DNA of 64,000 bases from an uncultured Gemmatimonadales bacterium (GTDB taxonomy: Bacteria > Gemmatimonadota > Gemmatimonadetes > Gemmatimonadales > GWC2-71-9): NCBI GenBank assembly GCA_963742755.1, contig CAVUMU010000002.1, forward strand, positions 302,265-366,264, in the 5' to 3' direction. Each line of letters starts with the position of its first letter. Position 1 is the stretch's first letter. This document shows, in pieces, positions 1-12,218 of this stretch. Both the position numbers and the translations under genes were made by a program. Below the pieces are notes generated by a model. That model was not told where the DNA came from. It saw nothing but the letters and a program-made list of their open reading frames with translations, and made no database searches.

Positions 1-561
1 ACGGATCGCGACGAGCTCGCGGCTTTGCGCGGCCGGATCGGGTATGTCTTCCAGTTTGCAGCTCTGTTCGACTCCATGACGGTGGCCCAGAACATCCGTC
101 TGGGCCTGGTCCGGCGGGGACATGACGAGGCGACGATCCGGCAGCGGATCGAGGAGAGCCTGGATGTGGTGGAGCTGAGCGGAAGCGGGGACAAGATGCC
201 GGGCGAGCTCTCGGGCGGCATGCGGAAGCGAGTCGGGATCGCGCGAGCGATCGCCCTCAAGCCGCGCTACATTCTCTACGACGAGCCCACGACCGGGCTG
301 GATCCGGTCACCGCCGCTCTGATGGACCAGCTGATCATGCGAACCCGCGACCTCGGTGTTACCGCACTCGTGGTCACCCACGATATGCGCAGCGCCTTCA
401 GCGTGGGAGACCGCGTGGCACTCATGCACGATGGTGCCATCCGCCAGGTCGGCACGGTGGACGAGATGCAGACCTCTCACGATCCTCTGGTGCGACAGTT
501 CATCGAAGGCCGGCCCCACCCGGTGGTGCTCGAGCCGGTGGCACGGAGGTCTGCAGGGTGA
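1..561 (+). CDS. ABC transporter ATP-binding protein, MlaF/Mkl-like (5' end outside window)
   Basis: Frame 1 is open from nt 1. ABC signature LSGGMRKRVGIARA, Walker B ILYDEPTTGLD and H-loop VVTHD are present. The stop overlaps the GTG start of the next gene. Confidence 0.9.
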   Translation, partial: TDRDELAALRGRIGYVFQFAALFDSMTVAQNIRLGLVRRGHDEATIRQRIEESLDVVELSGSGDKMPGELSGGMRKRVGIARAIALKPRYILYDEPTTGLDPVTAALMDQLIMRTRDLGVTALVVTHDMRSAFSVGDRVALMHDGAIRQVGTVDEMQTSHDPLVRQFIEGRPHPVVLEPVARRSAG

Positions 562-1565
562 AACGGAGCAACGAATTCGCGGTGGGACTGGCCGTGCTGG
601 CGGCCCTGGCACTGGTGATCGGAGGCGCGCTCTGGCTGAGCGAGACCGACGTGAACCAGAAGCAGGCTTCCTATAAGGCCCGTTTCCGCACCGTGGGCGG
701 CCTGGGCGTGGGTGCGCCGGTCACCCTGCGGGGCGTCCGGGTGGGGCGGGTCGAGGGCATCCGGCTGATCGAGAACGAATGGGTCGAAACCGATCTCAGC
801 ATCGACCGCAGCGTCGAGCTGCCGCGGCGGCCAGCTGCCATTTCGGCCTCGGCCAGCCTGTTTGGTGAGTGGAGCGCCAACATCGTTCCCTTCGAGCCGC
901 TTCCCACGGACCCGCTTATCCGGAGCGCGCTCATCGAGTCCGATCGGGCCGGCGGGGCCGCCTGGCCCGGCGCCACGCTGCCGGATATCGGACAGCTGAC
1001 GGCGCAGGCCAGCCGCATTGCCGGTGACGTGGGCGACATCACCCAGCGGATCGGACAGGCGTTCGACAGCACGGCGCTCAAGAACATGCAGCAGAGCGTC
1101 AAGGATCTGGCCGCCATTTCCGGACGGCTGGTTACCTTTGCCAACGCCCAGACCAACCGGATGGATCGAGTCGGCCGGAATGTGGCCACCACCTCCGACG
1201 CCTTTGCCGGCGTGGCCCGAACTTTCGAGGGGGCGGTGGCCCGCCTCGATACAGCTACCAGCGACAATCAGCTGAAGGACATCCTCAACAACTCGCGCAG
1301 CTCGAGCGCCGACCTGAGGTATGCGGCCGCGGACCTGCGCTCGGTGATCGCCGCGGCCCGGGCCAACGAGGCGAGCCTGGTGCGGGTGCTTCAGGCGGCC
1401 GACACGCTGATGACCAGGATCCAGGCCGGCAACGGGACTCTCGGCATGTTGGCGTCGGATTCCACGCTCTATCGGGAGACCACGAAAACGGTGATTCAGT
1501 TCCGGGAGCTGCTGACCGACATTCAGGCCAACCCCAAGAAGTATCTGAAGATCTCCGTTTTCTAA
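558..1565 (+). CDS. MCE/MlaD-family outer-membrane lipid asymmetry protein
   Basis: N-terminal TM anchor followed by an MCE core (VGGLGVGAPVTLRGVRVGRVEGIRL). Translationally coupled to the MlaF-like ATPase. Confidence 0.8.
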   Translation: MKRSNEFAVGLAVLAALALVIGGALWLSETDVNQKQASYKARFRTVGGLGVGAPVTLRGVRVGRVEGIRLIENEWVETDLSIDRSVELPRRPAAISASASLFGEWSANIVPFEPLPTDPLIRSALIESDRAGGAAWPGATLPDIGQLTAQASRIAGDVGDITQRIGQAFDSTALKNMQQSVKDLAAISGRLVTFANAQTNRMDRVGRNVATTSDAFAGVARTFEGAVARLDTATSDNQLKDILNNSRSSSADLRYAAADLRSVIAAARANEASLVRVLQAADTLMTRIQAGNGTLGMLASDSTLYRETTKTVIQFRELLTDIQANPKKYLKISVF

Positions 1566-2147
1566 ATGAACAAGCGTCGCGCGGAGCTGGAGGTGAGTGC
1601 CGGCGGGATCGTGTTCCGGCGGGTGCCCGGTCAGGCAGCGACCTACCTGCTCATTCGGGATTCCTATAAGAACTGGGGCTTTCCCAAGGGACACCTCGAG
1701 GGCGACGAGTCGCCCGCCCAGGCCGCCATCCGGGAAACGGCTGAAGAAACGGGTCTGGAGCACTTGATCCTGCAGGGACCCATTCGGGTGATCGACTGGC
1801 ACTTCCGCTTTCGCGGACGACACATTCACAAGTACTGCCACTTCTTCCTCTTCGAGAGCCCCCACGGGGAGGCCTCTCCCCAGGTGGACGAAGGCATCAC
1901 CGACTGCCAGTGGCGCCCGTTGCCCGAAGCGCTCGATCTCCTGAGCTATGACAATGCACGCGGGGTGCTGAAGCGCGCCGGGGAGATGGTTCGCACCCTG
2001 GTGGCCATTGGAGCGGGACGGGCGGGCGGAAAGGCGGAGAGGCGGACAGGCGGACAGGCGGAGGCATCGACCCAGGCGCAGGAGGGCGAGGAGATTGAAG
2101 GAGATAGCCAACCGGCCGCCAGTCCGCCCGTCCATCCGTCCGCCTGA
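1566..2147 (+). CDS. NUDIX hydrolase with low-complexity C-terminal tail
   Basis: Nudix box GHLEGDESPAQAAIRETAEETGL. The last ~45 aa (GRAGGKAERRTGGQAEA...) are the translation of a tandem octamer DNA repeat. Confidence 0.85.
   Translation: MNKRRAELEVSAGGIVFRRVPGQAATYLLIRDSYKNWGFPKGHLEGDESPAQAAIRETAEETGLEHLILQGPIRVIDWHFRFRGRHIHKYCHFFLFESPHGEASPQVDEGITDCQWRPLPEALDLLSYDNARGVLKRAGEMVRTLVAIGAGRAGGKAERRTGGQAEASTQAQEGEEIEGDSQPAASPPVHPSA
2015..2146. repeat. tandem octamer array (GGCGGANA x5) with partial inverted copy
   Basis: GGCGGAAA GGCGGAGA GGCGGACA GGCGGACA GGCGGAGG at 2024-2063. The inverted GTCCGCC copies lie at 2116-2146. All of it is inside the Nudix ORF tail. Confidence 0.75.
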
Positions 2148-2149
2148 CC

Positions 2150-2929
2150 GTGCCCGCCATCGCTGCGTTGCTGGTCAGTCGTGCCGCGCTGATCGCTCTG
2201 CGGCGAACGCTCCCGAAGGGCGGTCCCAGCGTCGTCTCCTGCCGGAACCCCGCTGCGTTGCACCGGCTGCTTCAAACCAGGCTGGTGGATGCCGTGGTGC
2301 TGTCGCCGCAGCCGGAGCTTCTCGCGGATCTCTCCGATCTTCGATCCCACTTGCCGTATGTCCCCGTGGTTGCGTACGCCCCCTTCCGTCCCGACGATGG
2401 CGAGTTGCTCCTGGCCTGCCGCCGCCATGCGGTGGCCTCGGTGGTCGTCGAGGGAGTCGACGATCCGATCGTGGGCGATCTCGTGCTCCGTTCTTCCATT
2501 ACCGCGGAACGGCGCCGGGCGCTGGTAGATGCACCGCGCATGCTGCGGCTCACCGAGCCGCTGCAGCAGGCGGCCTGGAACCTGCTGCTGGGCGAGGTCG
2601 AGCGGCCGATGCGCACCACGCTGCTCGCGAGCCGCCTTCGGATCAGCCGGGAGCATCTCTCCCGCCAGTTCGGCGCCGGGGGCGCTCCCAATCTGAAGCG
2701 GGTCATCGACCTGACCCGCATCGCCTGCGCCGCCCAGCTGCTGGGAAACCCGGGCTACGCCGTGCAGACGGTGGTCCGAGTGCTCCACTTCTCCTCGTCC
2801 AACCATCTCGCCCGGAGTGCCCGCCGGATCGCCAATGTGCCCACCAGCGGACTGGCCGCGCTGGGCCCGCGCGGGGTGCTGGCGGCCTTCGTGAGAGGGA
2901 ATACCAGGAGCCGGGCGGTAAGACGGTAG
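2150..2929 (+). CDS. AraC-family HTH regulator with degenerate receiver-like N-terminal domain
   Basis: C-terminal AraC HTH (LASRLRISREHLSRQF ... VLHFSSSNHLARSARR). The N-terminus resembles a receiver fold but has VDAVVLSP where the phospho-Asp normally sits. GTG start. Confidence 0.7.
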   Translation: MPAIAALLVSRAALIALRRTLPKGGPSVVSCRNPAALHRLLQTRLVDAVVLSPQPELLADLSDLRSHLPYVPVVAYAPFRPDDGELLLACRRHAVASVVVEGVDDPIVGDLVLRSSITAERRRALVDAPRMLRLTEPLQQAAWNLLLGEVERPMRTTLLASRLRISREHLSRQFGAGGAPNLKRVIDLTRIACAAQLLGNPGYAVQTVVRVLHFSSSNHLARSARRIANVPTSGLAALGPRGVLAAFVRGNTRSRAVRR

Positions 2930-3050
2930 GCGGCGCGGGTCTTCATGCATCGCCGGCCCTTCGACCTCCGGTTCACTTTCACTCCGGCGCCAATGTTCCC
3001 TCGCGGTGACAACCTTACCGCCCTACCGTCCCGCCTTGCCCTCCCTCGCA

Positions 3051-3068
3051 TTGTGATTATTTTCACAA
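3051..3068. promoter_or_regulatory. perfect CRP-type palindrome TTGTGA-N6-TCACAA upstream of atpA
   Basis: TGTGA (3052-3056), ttattt, TCACA (3063-3067). It sits in an AT-rich patch 42 nt before the atpA ATG, with TAGATT at 3072-3077. Confidence 0.45.
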
Positions 3069-3109
3069 GCTAGATTGTAGCGCACCTTCAGCCAGGCTTA
3101 AAAAACGAC

Positions 3110-4686
3110 ATGGCCACCGAATCCATTCTTCGTCCGGGCGAGCTCAAAGAGATCCTGCTACGCGAGATCGCGTCGGCGGACCTTGCCACCGAGGACGTCA
3201 GCGAAGTCGGCACGCTGCTCGAGGTGCGTGACGGCGTCGCCCGCATTTACGGCCTCAAGAACGCCATCGCCAGCGAGATGTTGGAGTTCACGGCTCGCGA
3301 GACGGGGGAGACGGTTGCCGGACTGGCGCTGAATCTCGAAGAGGACAACGTCGGCGCCGCCATCATGGGCGATTACCTCAAGCTGAAGGAAGGCGATGAG
3401 GTCCGGCGGACGGGTCGCCTGCTCGAGGTTCCCGTCGGCCCCGCGATGCTGGGCCGAGTGGTTGACGCTCTCGGCAGCCCGGTGGACGGCCGCGGCCCGA
3501 TTCAAACCACCAGCACGCGGCCGGTTGAGATGGTTGCGCCGGGCATCATTGTGCGCCAGCCGGTGAAGGAGCCGCTGCAGACCGGCATCAAGGCCATCGA
3601 TGCCATGATTCCGATCGGCCGGGGCCAGCGGGAGCTGATCATCGGCGACCGGGGCACCGGGAAGACCGCCATCGCGGTGGACACGATCATCAATCAGAAG
3701 GGAACCGGCGTCATCTGCGTCTATGTCGCCATCGGGCAGAAGCGTTCGACCGTGGCCACGGTGGTGGAGAAGCTGAAGGACGCGGGGGCCATGGAGTATT
3801 GCATTGTAGTCGTCGCCTCGGCCTCAGATCCGGCGCCGCTCCAGTTCATCGCGCCGTACTCCGGCTGCGCCCTCGCCGAGTATTTCATGTACGAGGAAGG
3901 GAAGCCGACCCTGTGCGTTTACGATGACCTCTCCAAGCAGGCTGCGGCGTACCGCCAGCTGTCGCTGATCCTCCGGCGCCCGCCGGGCCGCGAGGCTTAT
4001 CCCGGAGACGTCTTCTACCTGCACAGCCGCCTGTTGGAGCGCGCCGCCAAGATCAACGAGGACGCGGAGGTGGTGAAATACGACCCCAGGATCAGGAAGG
4101 CGGGCGGGTCGCTTACCGCGCTGCCGATCATCGAGACCCAGGCGGGAGACGTCTCGGCCTACATCCCCACCAACGTCATCTCGATTACGGACGGCCAGAT
4201 CTTCCTGACCACCGATCTGTTCTACTCCAACGTCCGCCCCGCTGTCGACGCCGGAATCAGCGTCAGCCGGGTCGGCGGTAACGCCCAGATCAAGGCCATG
4301 AAACAGGTGGCCGGACCGCTCCGGCTCAGCCTGGCGCAGTACCGTGAGCTCGAGGCCTTCGCCCAGTTCGGTTCTGACCTCGACCCGGCCACACAGCGTC
4401 AGCTCTCCCGCGGCGCGCGCCTGGTGGAAGTGCTCAAGCAGCCGCAGTACCGCCCGGTGCCGGTCGAGAAGCAGGTCGTGATCATCTATGCGGTGACCAA
4501 CGGGCACCTGGACAACATCGAGGTCAAGCACATCCGCAAATGGGAGCATGACTTCCTCGATTACGTCGAGTCCTCGCATCCCGACGTGCTGAAGGACATC
4601 CGGACCAAGAAGGCGCTGGACGACGGTCTGACCCGTCGTCTCATTGCCGCGCTTGACGCGTTCCAGAAGTTGTTCGTGCCCGAATA

Positions 4687-4687
<1 letters not shown>
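3110..4687 (+). CDS. atpA: ATP synthase F1 alpha subunit
   Basis: P-loop GDRGTGKT and full-length collinear similarity to AtpA, 525 aa. Confidence 0.98.
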
Positions 4688-7367
<2,680 letters not shown>

Positions 7368-7378
<11 letters not shown>

Positions 7379-7988
7379 TCTCTGCGGTGGGCTTTTGGTG
7401 GCCGTGATGGTGGCTCTGGGTGCGAGCGAATCGGTGGCCCAGGAAACCGGCACTCCGGTCTTTCGGGCTCCTTATCGCGCCTTTACCAACCACGAGTTCG
7501 GGGCCTCGATCTCGGATCCGGGCAGCGCAGCCGACTTCGCGCTGGAGGGGTTCTACAGCTACGGCCGGGGGACGAACGATTTCGGTCTTCGCGCCGGCTT
7601 TGCCGACGGCGCCGGTACCCTTGGTACCCGCTTCCTGATCGGTGGGAACTTCCGCACTCGCGTTGTGAGCTACAGTGAGAGCTTCCCGCTCGACGGCGCC
7701 CTCACGGTTGGACTGGGAACCAGTCTGGGCGACGGCGACGATGCGTTCTTCATCCCGGTGGGGATCTCGCTCGGCCGGCGCTTCGAGATGGAAGGCTCCA
7801 AGACCAGCTTCATCCCGTACGTGCACCCGGTCATCGTCCCGATACTGGGCGCGGCCGGAGGCGATGACGTCGGCTTTTCCCTCGGCCTCGGTGTGGACGT
7901 CCGGTTCAGCGATACCTGGGCGATCCGCGCGAGCGGTGGTCTGGGCGACATCGAAGGTGTCGGCGTGAGCTTGACTTACCTTCAGTAG
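7368..7988 (+). CDS. small outer-membrane beta-barrel protein
   Basis: AAGGAG RBS 6 nt before the ATG at 7368. Signal peptide ...ASESVAQE, followed by alternating Gly/aromatic beta-strand pattern. Overlaps atpC by 11 nt. Confidence 0.65.
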
Positions 7989-8003
7989 TTCACCGCCCTC
8001 TGA

Positions 8004-8040
8004 AGCGCCCGTCCGCACTCGCTGCGGACGGGCGCTTTCG
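8004..8040 (+). terminator. intrinsic terminator after the first small outer-membrane protein gene
   Basis: AGCGCCCGTCCGC / GCGGACGGGCGCT stem followed by TTTCG. Confidence 0.6.
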
Positions 8041-8147
8041 CGTCTCACCCCACTGCCTGCTTCGGTTGACTTCCTTCGAAGCCCATTAGTACCTTCTGGC
8101 GCCCGCAGGGGTGGTTGATCGGCCCCGCACACCGAATGGAGCGTGTC

Positions 8148-8825
8148 ATGAGACACCGTACACATGAAGCCCTCGCAGCGGGTCTGGCTCTCTGCTTGAC
8201 ACTGGGTGTCGGGTCCGCGCGGGCCCAGGTCCGCGGGATCCCGGTGTATAACAGTGGCATTGCCACCGGCATCGCGCTCTACGGCGACGTGGGGTTCCCC
8301 AACGCCGAATCCGGCAAGGGGACGGCGCTGGCAGTCAGCGGCCGGGCGGGCTTCGGCCCCCTGGGCGCCACGGCCATGCTCTCCACGTTCAATCCCGACG
8401 GGGCGGGCGACAGCGAGCTCTCGGTTGGCGGCAGCCTCAACTACAAGGTCTTCGGTGGACCGCTGATTCCGCTCTCGGTGACGGTACAGGGAGGAATCGG
8501 ATATTCCAAACCGGACAACGGATTCCTGCCGGGGCAGGAGGTGAACGAGCTGCGGTTTCCAGTGGGTGTCGGGTTCGCGCTTACGATTCCTAATCCGGCC
8601 CTGGCCATCAAACCGTGGATCGCACCACGGATCGACATCGTGCGAAGGTCAGCGGGTGGAGTCTCCGACACCGAAAGCAACTTCGGGCTGGGAGGCGGGC
8701 TGGAGCTGAACCTGCTCAGCGGGCTTGGCGTTCATGCGGCGTACGATCGGGTGTTCATTGATGGCGCGGATGCCAGCGTGTTTGGCCTCGGCGCACACTA
8801 CAGCTTCGGGATTCCCGGACTGTGA
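8148..8825 (+). CDS. small outer-membrane beta-barrel protein (paralogue of 7368-7988)
   Basis: Signal peptide ...GVGSARAQ. Same strand-pattern architecture as the upstream gene. The C-terminal strand (AHYSF) is followed by GIPGL. Confidence 0.6.
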   Translation: MRHRTHEALAAGLALCLTLGVGSARAQVRGIPVYNSGIATGIALYGDVGFPNAESGKGTALAVSGRAGFGPLGATAMLSTFNPDGAGDSELSVGGSLNYKVFGGPLIPLSVTVQGGIGYSKPDNGFLPGQEVNELRFPVGVGFALTIPNPALAIKPWIAPRIDIVRRSAGGVSDTESNFGLGGGLELNLLSGLGVHAAYDRVFIDGADASVFGLGAHYSFGIPGL

Positions 8826-9199
8826 TACGCCGCCTGGGTATCGGGCTGGTGCTGTTCCTGGTTCTCGCCGGCTGCGCCGAGACGTTCGATGCCACTACCC
8901 TGGGAGTGCCGGCGACGCTGGCCACCCCGGCCGACCAGCCACCTGTGGGTAGCCGGTTCAGGGTCACTCAGCGGTCGGTGTACGGGCTCTGGGGACTGGC
9001 GACCATCAAGTCGCCCTCGCTCCGCAAGGCGCTGGCCGCGCAGCTCGCCGGGGGGAGCGGCATTGCCGGGCTCAAGATCAGGGCCCGAAGCCGCTGGAGC
9101 GATATCCTGATCACCGCGCTCACTGCCGGCCTGATAGTGCCCCGCTCTGTGACGTTCGAAGGAGTCGTGACCGGACCGCCCCAAGCCACCACTCGGTAG
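8822..9199 (+). CDS. Bor-like lipoprotein
   Basis: Lipobox LVLAGC. GLWGL ... ITALTAGLIVPRSVTFEGVV resembles the Bor-family layout. GTGA start/stop overlap with the upstream gene. Confidence 0.5.
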   Translation: MIRRLGIGLVLFLVLAGCAETFDATTLGVPATLATPADQPPVGSRFRVTQRSVYGLWGLATIKSPSLRKALAAQLAGGSGIAGLKIRARSRWSDILITALTAGLIVPRSVTFEGVVTGPPQATTR

Positions 9200-9334
9200 C
9201 CACCCGCCTCCAATCCGCTGTTCTGACCAATTTTGCCGACTCGTGAGCGCCATCACCACAGTTCTGTGGGACGCGGCATATGATGAAATAGCGGGATTCA
9301 GCCCGCCATTTCCACTCAACCCAAGGAGAGAGTC

Positions 9335-9466
9335 ATGCCTCGGTTGCAGGGCAAGTCGTCGAGTACTCCTGCCATCCTGGTGGTACTCCTCGTGTTGGTT
9401 GCCACGTTTCTGGTCCTCGAGTATTTCGGCGTGGTCAATCTGATTCCAGACTTCGGACGGCCGTAG
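9335..9466 (+). CDS. 43-aa single-pass membrane peptide (not in ORF track)
   Basis: AAGGAG RBS 6 nt upstream of the ATG. Sequence is MPRLQGKSSSTPAILVVLLVLVATFLVLEYFGVVNLIPDFGRP. The stop lies inside the RBS of the next gene. Confidence 0.55.
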   Translation: MPRLQGKSSSTPAILVVLLVLVATFLVLEYFGVVNLIPDFGRP

Positions 9467-9476
9467 GAGGTTGATC

Positions 9477-10787
9477 ATGCTCAAAGCCAGCGATAGTATC
9501 GGCTTGCCTGTCGTCACTTTCGACACCGGCGAGCGAATCGAAAAAGTCACCGACGTGGTGTTCGACCATGTCAGCAGTCGGGTAGTGGGTTTTCTGGTGG
9601 ACGAAGGCGGCTGGTTCCGCGCGGCCCGCATCCTCCCCTTCGGGTCGGTCCAATCGGTGGGCCCGGACGCGCTGGTGGTGCCGTCCAAGAGCTCGGTGGT
9701 GGACGCCAGCGAGATTCCCGAAGTCGCCGGCATTCTCCAGCGCGGCAACGTGCTGAAGGGGACCAAGATCATGACCACCGACGGGCGGGACCTGGGGTCC
9801 ATGCGGGATCTGTACTACAACGAGGCCACCGGACGGGTCGAGGGATTCGAGGTCTCGGGTGGGCTCTTCGCCGATGCCTACGAGGGACGCTCGTACGTGC
9901 CCGCTCCCCAAACGATCAATATCGGGGAGGACGTGGCCTTCGTACCCCCCGACACCGCCGATCTCATGAAGGAGCAGGTAGGTGGCATCAAGGGGGCCGC
10001 CCAGTCGCTGGGGGAGAAGATTAAGGAAGGTGCGGAAACGGCGGGGGAGCGGGTGCAGGAGGGGGCGCAGGCCGTGGGCGAAAAGATCCAGTCAGGCACC
10101 GCGGCCGCCGGCCAGAAGCTCCGGGCTGGGGCTGACGCCGCCCGCGAAGGGCTCGAGAAGGCCGGTGGCGTGGCGTCCGGTACGCTACTCGAGGAGGCAA
10201 AGGGCAGGCGCGTTCGCCAGGCCGTGCGCGACCGGGGCGGCTATATCCTGGCTGCCCCTGGCCAGATCGTCACCGACGAGGTGATCGAGCGGGCCCGGTC
10301 GAGTGACCAGGAGCAGGCGCTTCTCGCGTCCGTCGGACTGTCCGCCGGTGAGGCGGCCTCCGCTCGGGTACAGAGTGCAGCGAGTTCTGCCGGGACCGGC
10401 TTGAAGGAAGGCGCTGCGGAGGTCAAGGAGGGTGTGGCCAGCCTGTGGGGCAAGATGAAGGAGAAAGTGGGTGAGGTGAAGGATCGGAGCGCCCAGGAGC
10501 TGGAGGAGCGGCGCATCCGGGCAGCGCTCGGGCGGCCGGTCACCCGGGTGATTCTGGACCGCCAGGATGGCGTCATCCTCAACGTCGGCGAGCTTATCAC
10601 CCACGGTGCGATCCAGCGGGCAGCCTCCGAGGAAGTACTCGACGTGTTGCTGGATTCGGTGTACAAAGGCGAGCCAGAGCTGACCCAGGAAGACCTCCGA
10701 GCCTCGGAGTCCGGATCCGAAGCACTGGAATCCGAGTCCACCGAAGCCCAGGCTTCACCGGTCAGGCAGCCCGGTAGCAGGCAGTAA
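9477..10787 (+). CDS. PRC-barrel domain stress protein with LEA-like 11-mer repeats
   Basis: Two PRC-barrel units (GLPVVTFDTGERIEKV..., GTKIMTTDGRDLGSM...). These are followed by 5 x 11-aa repeats (GEKIKEGAETA etc., nt 10011-10175) and two ~45-aa repeats. AGGAGG RBS before the ATG at 9477. Confidence 0.75.
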   Translation: MLKASDSIGLPVVTFDTGERIEKVTDVVFDHVSSRVVGFLVDEGGWFRAARILPFGSVQSVGPDALVVPSKSSVVDASEIPEVAGILQRGNVLKGTKIMTTDGRDLGSMRDLYYNEATGRVEGFEVSGGLFADAYEGRSYVPAPQTINIGEDVAFVPPDTADLMKEQVGGIKGAAQSLGEKIKEGAETAGERVQEGAQAVGEKIQSGTAAAGQKLRAGADAAREGLEKAGGVASGTLLEEAKGRRVRQAVRDRGGYILAAPGQIVTDEVIERARSSDQEQALLASVGLSAGEAASARVQSAASSAGTGLKEGAAEVKEGVASLWGKMKEKVGEVKDRSAQELEERRIRAALGRPVTRVILDRQDGVILNVGELITHGAIQRAASEEVLDVLLDSVYKGEPELTQEDLRASESGSEALESESTEAQASPVRQPGSRQ

Positions 10788-10802
10788 ATCGCAGCGCCAA
10801 AT

Positions 10803-10848
10803 AGGTGGGTCATTCGGTTCAGCACCGGCCGCCGGTGGCCCACCTTTA
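10803..10848. terminator. hairpin between the convergent PRC-barrel gene and waaA
   Basis: AGGTGGG...CCCACCT outer stem encloses CACCGG-ccg-CCGGTG. Short T tail. Overlaps the waaA stop. Confidence 0.4.
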
Positions 10849-12218
10849 TCGCGGCGGCAAAACCCGGACGGCGTTTCCCCCGGGTCCGGCCGCCAGTAAC
10901 CCGGCCAGCATTTCCGCGCTCTTCACCGCCGCTCCAACGCCACTTTCCACCACCTGCCGTGCGCGCCGGCCCTGTTCCCGCCTGCGGGCCTCGTCGAATA
11001 TCCAATCGCTCCACTGCTTCTCCATCTCGGCGGCAGACCTCCGGGTGCTGCCGGTGGGGAGTGACGTTGCCCCCCCCGACCGAAGCAACAGCTCCGCATC
11101 CCGGCTGTTGCGCCACCGGGGCCCGAACGCAACTGGAATGCTCCAGGCGGCGGGCTCCAGCACCGAGTGCAGCCCCGCTCGCCCGAACCCACCGCCCACA
11201 TAGGCCATCGAGCCGGAGCCGTACAGCGTCGCGAGCAGACCGACCCGGTCGACCATGAGCAGCGGGCCGGGGCGGTCCGCAACGCTCAGCCGCACGGCCG
11301 GGGCAGCCCCAGACGGGCCACCAGGCCGTCCAAGGCGCTCAGGTGGGCCTCGGTGGGCTCGTGGGGCACGAGGATGAGACGAGCGTTCTGACTCCGGCGC
11401 CGGACCCCCACGAAGGCACGGAGGACCACAACCTCGTCCGAGGGCCAGGTGGATCCCGCCACCATCGTGGGGGCCCCGCGGCCGAAGCGGAGCAGAGGAT
11501 CGGAGGGATCTACCCCGAGCACGCGCTCGAGGACGCTATCGAACCGTGGATCGCCCAACACCCGGATCCGCTCCTCCGCCACGCCCAGACGAACGAGCCG
11601 GGCTGCGTCTTCTGGCGAGATAGCGGCGGCTGCCGTCACCGCCCTGTACCCTGGAGCGAGAAGCGTCCGGGCCGGCCAGCGCAGCCTGCCGCTGCCTTGG
11701 CTCACCGTCGCCGCGACCATCGCCACCTCTGTGCCGGTCGTCGAAGCGCGAGTCGCCAGCTCGGGCCACAGGTCCAGTTTGGCGAAAACCAGGAGATCGG
11801 GTTGCAGCGCGCCCAGCAGACGGTCCACGTGCTCGGGAAGATCGTAGGGGAGATAGTCGGCGACATCGACCGGAAGTCGTGCCGCGAGGCTCGTCGCCGA
11901 AGGGCTGAAATGGGTGTAGACCAGCTGACAGTCAGGCCGCAGGCGACGCAGCTGACGCAGCACGCTGTCGGCCTGGAGCCCCTCGCCCACCGACGCCGCG
12001 TGGAACCAGACCAGCGGACGGGCGTCGTCGCGGCTCGAGCGGGCCCAGTCCAGAAGGCGCTCTCCCGCGTCCTGCCGCGCACGAGTCGAGAAGCGAAGCC
12101 TGGGGGAGAGGACTCCCAGCGAGGGCACCAGCGCCGTTCCAAGTCGGACTGCGGTGCGATATCCCCAGGTTGTGGAAGCCATGGCGGGCAATGTTGCTGT
12201 GGTCGCCGATCCGGTCAA
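10846..12218 (-). pseudogene. waaA: 3-deoxy-D-manno-octulosonic acid (Kdo) transferase, split by a frameshift near 11290-11310
   Basis: The N-terminal ORF (12218-11286) carries WFHAASVGE and LILVPHEP motifs. The C-terminal ORF (11295-10846), in another frame, continues with VDRVGLLATLYGSGSMAYVGGGF..LHSVLEPAA. Confidence 0.85.

Noticed and set aside
477-2135. A 552-aa minus-strand ORF, and similar long ORFs in the track: 13997-15004(-), 22476-23312(+), 23409-24740(+), 27161-28147(-), 28719-30050(-), 30489-31796(+), 36166-37107(+), 40380-41891(+), 52182-53807(+) and 62207-63883(-).
   Set aside because: All lie antisense to, or out of frame with, genes that have clear family motifs. Their translations are Arg/Gly/Pro-rich low-complexity sequence typical of stop-poor frames in high-GC DNA, and none shows a recognisable domain.
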